DNA of 64,000 bases. It comes from an uncultured Selenomonadales bacterium (GTDB lineage Bacteria > Bacillota > Negativicutes > Acidaminococcales > Acidaminococcaceae). Every line of letters begins with the position of its first letter. The stretch's first letter is position 1. The stretch spans positions 151,701-215,700 of the forward strand of contig ONAN01000002.1 in the NCBI GenBank assembly GCA_900315805.1. Reading direction: 5' to 3'. Positions 58,140 through 64,000 of the stretch are shown piece after piece. Below the pieces are notes generated by a model, which saw nothing but the letters and a program-made list of their open reading frames with translations, had not been told where the DNA came from and did no database searches. The position numbers and the translations under genes are program-made.

Positions 58140-60824
58140 ATGGCAGATAAATTATTGCTCATCGACGGCAGCAGCCTGATCCACCGGGCCTTTTTCGCCC
58201 TGCCCCCGCTGACGAACCGCAAGGGCATGCACACGGGCGCCGTGTACGGCTTTCTGCGCATGTTCCACCGCCTCCTGCAGGAGCTGCGCCCCCGCTGGAT
58301 CCTGGTGGCGTTCGATAAATCCCGCAAAACCTTCCGCACGGAACTCTTTGCGGATTACAAGGGACAGCGCAAGCCGACGCCGCCGGAACTGAAGGAACAG
58401 TTCCCCATGCTGATCGACGTGCTCCATTCCATGGACATTGCCGCCGTGGAACTGGACGACTACGAGGCGGACGACATCATCGGCACCATGGCCCGCCGCA
58501 GCGGCGCGCCGGAAACGTACATTGTGACGGGCGACCGGGACCAGCTCCAGCTGATCGATGATACGACGCGCGTCATGTACACGAAGCGCGGCATTTCCGA
58601 CATCAAGCTGTACGACGAAGCGGCCTTTGCCGAGGATTACGCCGGCCTCAAGCCCCTGCAGCTCATCGATTTGAAGGGCCTCATGGGCGATGCGTCGGAC
58701 AACATCCCCGGCGTCAAGGGCGTCGGCGAGAAGACGGCCCTCAAGCTCATCTGCGAATACGGCAGCGTGGAAAACGTGCTGGACCACATCCCCGAAGTCA
58801 AGGGGAAAGCCCTGCAGAACAAGCTGACGGAACACCGGGACGAAGCCCTCCTTTCGAAAAAGCTGGCCACCATCGTGACCGATGTGCCCCTCGATATCGA
58901 CCTGGCGGATTATGAAGTGAAAAAGGTAGGACCGGCCGCGCGGGAGAAAATGGCGGAACTGGAATTCCGCGGCTTCTACGAGCAGTTTGCCGATGTATTG
59001 GGCGAAACGGCGGCAGCTTCGCCGGACGGTGCCGCCGCGGCGGAAACTGCCGGTACGGAAGCGGCCGGCGACGGCCTCATGGGCAGCCTCTTCGGGGAGG
59101 CAGCTCCTGCCGCCGTGCCGGAAACGGTTGCCACCGTGGCGGACTGGTGCAGATTGGCGGACGGTATCGCGCCGGACGAAAAGATCTGGTTCCTGACGAA
59201 ACCCCACGGGCAGATTCCGGACCTGGCGTTCGCCGGTGCCCAGCTGCGCAGCAAAGGCGTCCTGTACGACCTGCAGGGGGACGATGTACTGCACGCGTTT
59301 GCCGCGTGGCTCGCTGCATCGCCCAACCCGAAAGGGACCATCGACTGCAAGGAAACGTACCGGGTGCTCCTGTGCCTGCGCCGCCACGCGGAAAAGCCGG
59401 CCGGGCAGGACGACGTGCCCCTGATTCGGAACCTGGAAGATGACCTGGTCCTGGCGGCCTATCTGGAAGACGCCGGCCGGTCGGGCTATGCCCTGGAAGA
59501 TTTGGGCTGGCATTACCTGGGACAGGAGCGCAAGGCGGACTGCCAGACCCTGGCCCTGGTGGCGGATGCCCTGGCGCCGCTGCTGCAGGAAAAGGAACTG
59601 ACCGCGATTTACCGGGACCTGGAACTGAAGCTGGCCCGGGTCCTCGCGGAAATCGAACTGACGGGCATCGCCGTCGACAAGGCACGGCTGCAGGCCATGA
59701 GCGACGCCATGGCGGAAGACATTGCCGCCCTGGAGGAAAAGGCCCGCGAAGAAGCCGGCGAACCGGACTTCAATCCCAATTCGCCGAAACAGCTCGGCCT
59801 GATCCTGTTTGAAAAACTGGGCCTGCCGGTCATCAAAAAGACGAAAAGCGGCTATTCGACGGACGTCAAGGTCCTCGAAGCCCTGAAGGGACAGCATCCC
59901 CTCGTGGAGACCGTGCTCCGGTACAGGGCCTTGGCGAAGCTGCATTCCACCTATCTGGAAGGCCTCAAACCGCTGATCAACCCGGTGACGGGCCGCATCC
60001 ACACGCATTTCCAGCAGACCGTGGCCGTGACGGGACGCCTGTCCAGCGTCGACCCGAACCTGCAGAACATCCCCACGCGGACGGAGGAAGGAAAAAAGAT
60101 CCGCAGCCTCTTCGTGCCGGGAGAGGGCTACGACTGGCTCATGTCCTGCGACTATTCGCAGATCGAACTGCGGATCCTGGCCCATGTGGCGCAGGACCCG
60201 ACCATGCTGGAAGCCTTCCGGGAGAACCAGGATATCCATGCCCGCACGGCCAGCGAAGTCTTCGGCGTGCCGCTGGACCTGGTGAGCCACGAGATGCGCT
60301 CCCGCGCCAAGGCCGTCAACTTCGGCATCGTGTACGGCATCAGTGACTTCGGCCTGTCGCAGCAGCTCGGCTGCAGCCGCAAAGAGGCGAAGGAATTCAT
60401 TGAACATTATCTGGCCCGCTATCAGGGCGTGAAGAAATACATGGAAGATATGGTCGCCATGGCCCGTTCCCAGGGCTATGTCTCGACCCTCATGGGCCGC
60501 CGGCGCTATCTGCCGGATATCAACAACCGCAACTTCAATCTCCGCAGCTTTGCCGAACGGACGGCGATCAACACGCCGATCCAGGGGACGGCGGCGGACA
60601 TCATGAAACGCGCCATGCTGAAGGTCGATGCCGCCCTGAAGGCATCGGGCCTGGCTTCGCGGGTCCTGGTCCAGGTCCACGACGAACTGGTCCTCGAAGT
60701 GAAGGACGCGGAAAAGGACGCCACGGCCGCGCTGGTACAGCGCGAAATGCAGAATGCCTTCCCGATGGAAGTGCCCCTTGTGGCCGAAGTGAGCTTCGGC
60801 AAAGACTGGGCAGCGGCGAAATGA
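58140..60824 (+). CDS. polA: DNA polymerase I
   Basis: 5'-3' exonuclease (LIDGSS, YEADD, GDASDNIPGV) and polymerase motifs (DYSQIELR, AKAVNFG, QVHDEL). Confidence 0.98.
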   Translation: MADKLLLIDGSSLIHRAFFALPPLTNRKGMHTGAVYGFLRMFHRLLQELRPRWILVAFDKSRKTFRTELFADYKGQRKPTPPELKEQFPMLIDVLHSMDIAAVELDDYEADDIIGTMARRSGAPETYIVTGDRDQLQLIDDTTRVMYTKRGISDIKLYDEAAFAEDYAGLKPLQLIDLKGLMGDASDNIPGVKGVGEKTALKLICEYGSVENVLDHIPEVKGKALQNKLTEHRDEALLSKKLATIVTDVPLDIDLADYEVKKVGPAAREKMAELEFRGFYEQFADVLGETAAASPDGAAAAETAGTEAAGDGLMGSLFGEAAPAAVPETVATVADWCRLADGIAPDEKIWFLTKPHGQIPDLAFAGAQLRSKGVLYDLQGDDVLHAFAAWLAASPNPKGTIDCKETYRVLLCLRRHAEKPAGQDDVPLIRNLEDDLVLAAYLEDAGRSGYALEDLGWHYLGQERKADCQTLALVADALAPLLQEKELTAIYRDLELKLARVLAEIELTGIAVDKARLQAMSDAMAEDIAALEEKAREEAGEPDFNPNSPKQLGLILFEKLGLPVIKKTKSGYSTDVKVLEALKGQHPLVETVLRYRALAKLHSTYLEGLKPLINPVTGRIHTHFQQTVAVTGRLSSVDPNLQNIPTRTEEGKKIRSLFVPGEGYDWLMSCDYSQIELRILAHVAQDPTMLEAFRENQDIHARTASEVFGVPLDLVSHEMRSRAKAVNFGIVYGISDFGLSQQLGCSRKEAKEFIEHYLARYQGVKKYMEDMVAMARSQGYVSTLMGRRRYLPDINNRNFNLRSFAERTAINTPIQGTAADIMKRAMLKVDAALKASGLASRVLVQVHDELVLEVKDAEKDATAALVQREMQNAFPMEVPLVAEVSFGKDWAAAK

Positions 60825-60833
60825 GGTGACAAT

Positions 60834-61658
60834 ATGCCGGAATTACCGGAAGTGGAACAGGTGCGCCAGTCCCTGGTGCCCCATCTGCGGGGCCGGAAGA
60901 TCCTTTCGGCCGCCGTGTACCGGCCGCGCATGATCCTCCATCCTTCGGTGGAGGCCTTTGAGCGCCTGGTGCCCGGCCATGTCTTCCAGGACGTGGAACG
61001 CAAAGGCAAGTACCTGACCCTTGTGCTGGACCGGGGCGACAAGATTCTGGCCCATCTGCGCATGACCGGCGCCCTGCTCGTGAAGCAGGACGGCGAGCCG
61101 GAGCCTCCTTTCGCGCGCATGCGCTTCGCCCTGAGCGGCGGCACCACGCTGTGGTTTACGGATATCCGCATCTTCGGGACCATGGCCTATATCGCCAGGG
61201 AAGACCCGTGGGAGGACAAAGGCTTTGCGTCCCTCGGCCCGGAACCCCTTTCGGAAGCATTTACGGACGAGTATTTCCGGGACATCGTGCGGAAAAGCCA
61301 TATGCCGATCAAGAGCCTGATCCTGGACCAGCGGCGGATTGCGGGCCTGGGCAACATTTACGCCGACGAGAGCCTGGCGTTGGCGGGCATCCGTCCCACG
61401 CGGCCGGCGTACCGGCTGACGGTGGCGGAGCGGAAGCGCCTGCGGCAGGCCATCAACGACGTCATCGCCCAGGGGCTGGCCCATCACGGGACGACGTTCC
61501 GGAACTACCAGGACGCCAACGGGCAGATGGGCAACAACCAGGAGTATCTGCGCGTGTATCATCGGAAGGGCCTGCCGTGCCTGAACTGCGGAACGACGCT
61601 GGTTCAGATCAAAGTGGGCGGGCGAGGCAGCGTGTACTGCCCGAAGTGCCAGAAATGA
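60834..61658 (+). CDS. mutM: Formamidopyrimidine-DNA glycosylase
   Basis: MPELPEVE, RKGKY, HLRMTG, GLGNIYADE, C-terminal Zn finger. Confidence 0.97.
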   Translation: MPELPEVEQVRQSLVPHLRGRKILSAAVYRPRMILHPSVEAFERLVPGHVFQDVERKGKYLTLVLDRGDKILAHLRMTGALLVKQDGEPEPPFARMRFALSGGTTLWFTDIRIFGTMAYIAREDPWEDKGFASLGPEPLSEAFTDEYFRDIVRKSHMPIKSLILDQRRIAGLGNIYADESLALAGIRPTRPAYRLTVAERKRLRQAINDVIAQGLAHHGTTFRNYQDANGQMGNNQEYLRVYHRKGLPCLNCGTTLVQIKVGGRGSVYCPKCQK

Positions 61659-61668
61659 GGTATCGGAA

Positions 61669-62316
61669 ATGAAAGTAGTCGGACTGACCGGCGGCATCGG
61701 CAGCGGGAAGAGCACCGTTTCGAACCATTTGCGCGAAATGGGCGTCCCCGTCTTCGATGCGGACCGGGAGGCGCACACGGCGGTGGAGAAGGGGAGCCCC
61801 GGCCTGGAGAAGGCCGTGAAGATCTTCGGCCCCCGGTGCCTGCTGCCCAACGGCGAGCTCAACCGCGTCTGGGTCGCGGACCAGGTGTTCCATAACGAGG
61901 ACCTGATGGCCGTGTACGGCGGGATGGTGCAGGACGAAGTGCGCCGCCGTGCCTTCGAATTCATGGGACGCATGCAGCATTCCGACAACACCATGTCCGT
62001 CCTCGACGTGCCGCTTTTAATTGAATGCGGCTGGCACGAGTTCGTGGACCTGGTCTGGCTGGTGGCCGTCGACCCGGAGGAACAGGTACGCCGCACCATG
62101 CTGCGTGACCATGCGACGGAAGAGCAGGTCCGTGCCCGCATTGCGGCGCAGATGTCCCTGGAGGAAAAGAAGAAGTACGCCGACCTGATCATCGATAACA
62201 GTAAGACGCCGGAGAACACGTGCCGTCAGGTGAACAACGCCGTGTCCCGTCTGGAGAAGCTGGCGGCCGAAGCGAAAAAGGCCCGGGCTTCGCAAAAGAT
62301 CATCATTGCCAAATGA
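61669..62316 (+). CDS. coaE: Dephospho-CoA kinase
   Basis: GLTGGIGSGKS, DVPLLIE, RIAAQM. Confidence 0.96.
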   Translation: MKVVGLTGGIGSGKSTVSNHLREMGVPVFDADREAHTAVEKGSPGLEKAVKIFGPRCLLPNGELNRVWVADQVFHNEDLMAVYGGMVQDEVRRRAFEFMGRMQHSDNTMSVLDVPLLIECGWHEFVDLVWLVAVDPEEQVRRTMLRDHATEEQVRARIAAQMSLEEKKKYADLIIDNSKTPENTCRQVNNAVSRLEKLAAEAKKARASQKIIIAK

Positions 62317-62331
62317 GCGAGGAATACATCT

Positions 62332-63054
62332 GTGTTTGGAAAGAGTAAGAAGAGCAAAGGCAGGCGTGCCACCGGCCGCGGTGGCAGCCGGGCGCGCCGG
62401 AAGAACGCCGGCGGCCGCACTGCGCCGCGCGCCGCGAAGAAACCGGCCGCGCGGAACAGCGGACGCGGCCGCAGCCGGTTCTTTACGCGCTGGCAGGCCG
62501 TGGCAGCCGCTGTCGTCCTGGCGGCGCTCCTGGGCTGGATGGCCTGGCGGAGCGACTATGTGCAGATGCGCTTTGTCTACATGTGGCCGTACCAGCGGGA
62601 AATCGTCACGTACAGCCAGAAGAACCAGGTCGACCCCTTCCTGGTGGCCGCCGTCATCAAGAACGAGAGCCGCTTCAAGCCCGGCGCCGTGTCGGGCGTG
62701 GGCGCCATCGGCCTGATGCAGATCATGCCGGATACGGGCGGCTGGATCGCCAAACAGATGGGGCTGAAGAACTACGAGCTGCAGTCCCTCTACAACCCGG
62801 AAACGAACATCCGCATGGGCTGCTGGTACCTGTCGGAACTGCATCACGAGTTCAAGGGCAACCTGATCCTCCTCATGATCGCCTACAACGCGGGCCGCGG
62901 CAATACGCACGCCTGGATGGAGGCCAATGGCTGGGACTATGATTTCGGCGACATCTCCCGCATTCCCTATGCGGACACGCGCCATTACGTGGCCAAGGTC
63001 ATGCGGGACCGCGACGAATATTACCGGCTCTACAAGGATAAAATCCCCAAATAA
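62332..63054 (+). CDS. Membrane-anchored lytic transglycosylase (SLT domain)
   Basis: AAVIKNES, GAIGLMQIMP, AYNAG; N-terminal basic tail plus TM. Confidence 0.92.
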   Translation: MFGKSKKSKGRRATGRGGSRARRKNAGGRTAPRAAKKPAARNSGRGRSRFFTRWQAVAAAVVLAALLGWMAWRSDYVQMRFVYMWPYQREIVTYSQKNQVDPFLVAAVIKNESRFKPGAVSGVGAIGLMQIMPDTGGWIAKQMGLKNYELQSLYNPETNIRMGCWYLSELHHEFKGNLILLMIAYNAGRGNTHAWMEANGWDYDFGDISRIPYADTRHYVAKVMRDRDEYYRLYKDKIPK

Positions 63055-63094
63055 GGGGCCGGCAGGGAAACTTTGAAAAAACCCAAAAAAACTG

Positions 63095-63123
63095 TTGACG
63101 AATCCAAAGAGCTATGCTAGAAT
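63095..63123 (+). promoter_or_regulatory. tRNA-Leu operon promoter
   Basis: TTGACG-17 nt-TAGAAT with a TG extension. Confidence 0.8.
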
Positions 63124-63152
63124 GTCATTGTTGTTAATCGAAACACCTTCCC

Positions 63153-63238
63153 GCGGTTGTGGTGGAACGGCAGACACGCCACTTTGAGGGGGTGGTGAGG
63201 GAGACCTCGTACGGGTTCAAATCCCGTCAACCGCACCA
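63153..63238 (+). tRNA. tRNA-Leu(GAG)
   Basis: GCGGTTG acceptor, CCACT-TTGAGGG-GGTGG anticodon arm, variable arm, GTTCAAATC, CCA. Confidence 0.95.
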
Positions 63239-63268
63239 CAGATTTTCGATTGCACAAAAACTTGATAT

Positions 63269-63355
63269 GCGGTAGTGGCGGAACGGCAGACGCGCTAGCC
63301 TCAGGAGCTAGTGGGGGTTGACCCCGTGGAGGTTCAAATCCTCTCTACCGCACCA
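63269..63355 (+). tRNA. tRNA-Leu(CAG)
   Basis: GCGGTAG acceptor, CTAGC-CTCAGGA-GCTAG anticodon arm, variable arm, CCA. Confidence 0.96.
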
Positions 63356-63367
63356 ATTCAAAGGTGC

Positions 63368-63393
63368 ACCGCTCTTGGAGCGGTATTTTTTTT
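63368..63393 (+). terminator. tRNA operon terminator
   Basis: ACCGCTC-TTG-GAGCGGT plus a T-run. Confidence 0.8.
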
Positions 63394-63556
63394 ACCCCGG
63401 GCCGGTTTGCGGTCCCGGGTTTACAGTACATCGGGGCAGAGGTTTACAGTCCGCGTTTATTCTAGTATAATAATAAGCGGATGTCTGAAAAAGACACGGA
63501 GCTTTGGCGTACCGGCGGCCTGCCGCCCGCGCCGGAGACAAGAAGGAGAGAATGGC

Positions 63557-64000
63557 ATGAGAATCGTTTATAAGACCCATACGGATTACAGCGCCAAGGA
63601 GTTCGGCCGGATGAACATGGTCCTGCAGAAAAAGAACCCGAAAGTGCGCAAAGTCGAATATATCCTGGCGGCGGTATTCGCCCTCGTCATCATCGCGTTC
63701 CTGTACAACAAATGGTTCGTGGCGGCCGGTGTGTGCGCCGTCATGGCCGTGGCCGTCTTCGTGTTCCTGATTCCGTTCAACCTGCGCCGCGTCGCCGAGA
63801 AGCAGTTCGACAAGAGCCGCCTCGAAGGCATGCGCAGCAACCTGACCTTCTACATGGACCATTACGAAGAGGTCAACAAGCTGGGCCGCGTGGCCTACAA
63901 GTACGTGCAGCTGCGCGAAATCATCGAAACGGACACGAACTTCTACCTGATGAAGACGAATATGCAGGGCTGCATCGTCGTCAAAGCGAACTGCGCGCCC
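63557..64000 (+). CDS. YcxB-like membrane protein (partial, runs off the window)
   Basis: Open frame from ATG 63557 (MRIVYKTHTDY...) after GGAG; two TMs then Y..L.EIIETDTNFYL; promoter TTTACA-17-TATAAT at 63443-63471; not in the supplied ORF track because it has no stop. Confidence 0.7.
   Translation, partial: MRIVYKTHTDYSAKEFGRMNMVLQKKNPKVRKVEYILAAVFALVIIAFLYNKWFVAAGVCAVMAVAVFVFLIPFNLRRVAEKQFDKSRLEGMRSNLTFYMDHYEEVNKLGRVAYKYVQLREIIETDTNFYLMKTNMQGCIVVKANCAP

Noticed and set aside
58990-59140. Ala-rich low-complexity segment inside polA (possible intein or insertion)
   Set aside because: No intein terminal motifs; it lies at the usual variable linker after the 5'-3' exonuclease domain

Overview
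Chromosomal core region of a high-GC diderm Firmicute (class Negativicutes, inferred from a complete lipid A/Kdo pathway beside Firmicute-type features: CIRCE, rplU-prp-rpmA, polA-mutM-coaE-slt). 1-24.8 kb is the large outer-membrane cluster: 3 OmpH/Skp paralogs, lpxD, acyltransferase, lpxC, fabZ, lpxA, lpxI, lpxB, msbA, a waaA-lpxK fusion, kdsBADC, a second acyltransferase, lptC/A/B, a single lptF/G, DUF3084-like and YqgF-like genes, a degenerate 5'-nucleotidase-like gene, a cyclodeaminase and tRNA-Ser. Then come an FbpABC/AfuABC-type ABC importer, glyA, cysE, rplU-prp-rpmA, an acyltransferase-3, a CIRCE-controlled hsp20, a 1425-aa fused dehydratase activase, a macrodomain-HTH/vWA pair, dipeptidase, tRNA-Val, ROK kinase, UDG-like/ThrE/MntP genes, potABC-D1-D2, NagD-like HAD, tandem-HD protein, gdh, aminotransferase, LapA-like, polA-mutM-coaE-slt, two tRNA-Leu and a partial YcxB-like gene. 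I found no mobile element, CRISPR array or pseudogene. Best leads: (1) four TTTACA repeats at exact 11-bp phase (Pho-box-like) over the promoter of the nominal iron ABC importer, suggesting organophosphate scavenging; (2) an ADP-ribose-binding macrodomain-HTH gene followed by a vWA gene with a palindromic candidate operator; (3) a secreted nucleotidase homolog lacking most metal ligands, translationally coupled to the OM operon; (4) repeated C-rich CUCAA motifs in the hsp20 3' UTR; (5) an L27 with His at the Prp cleavage position. All annotations come from motif recognition by eye; no database searches were run.
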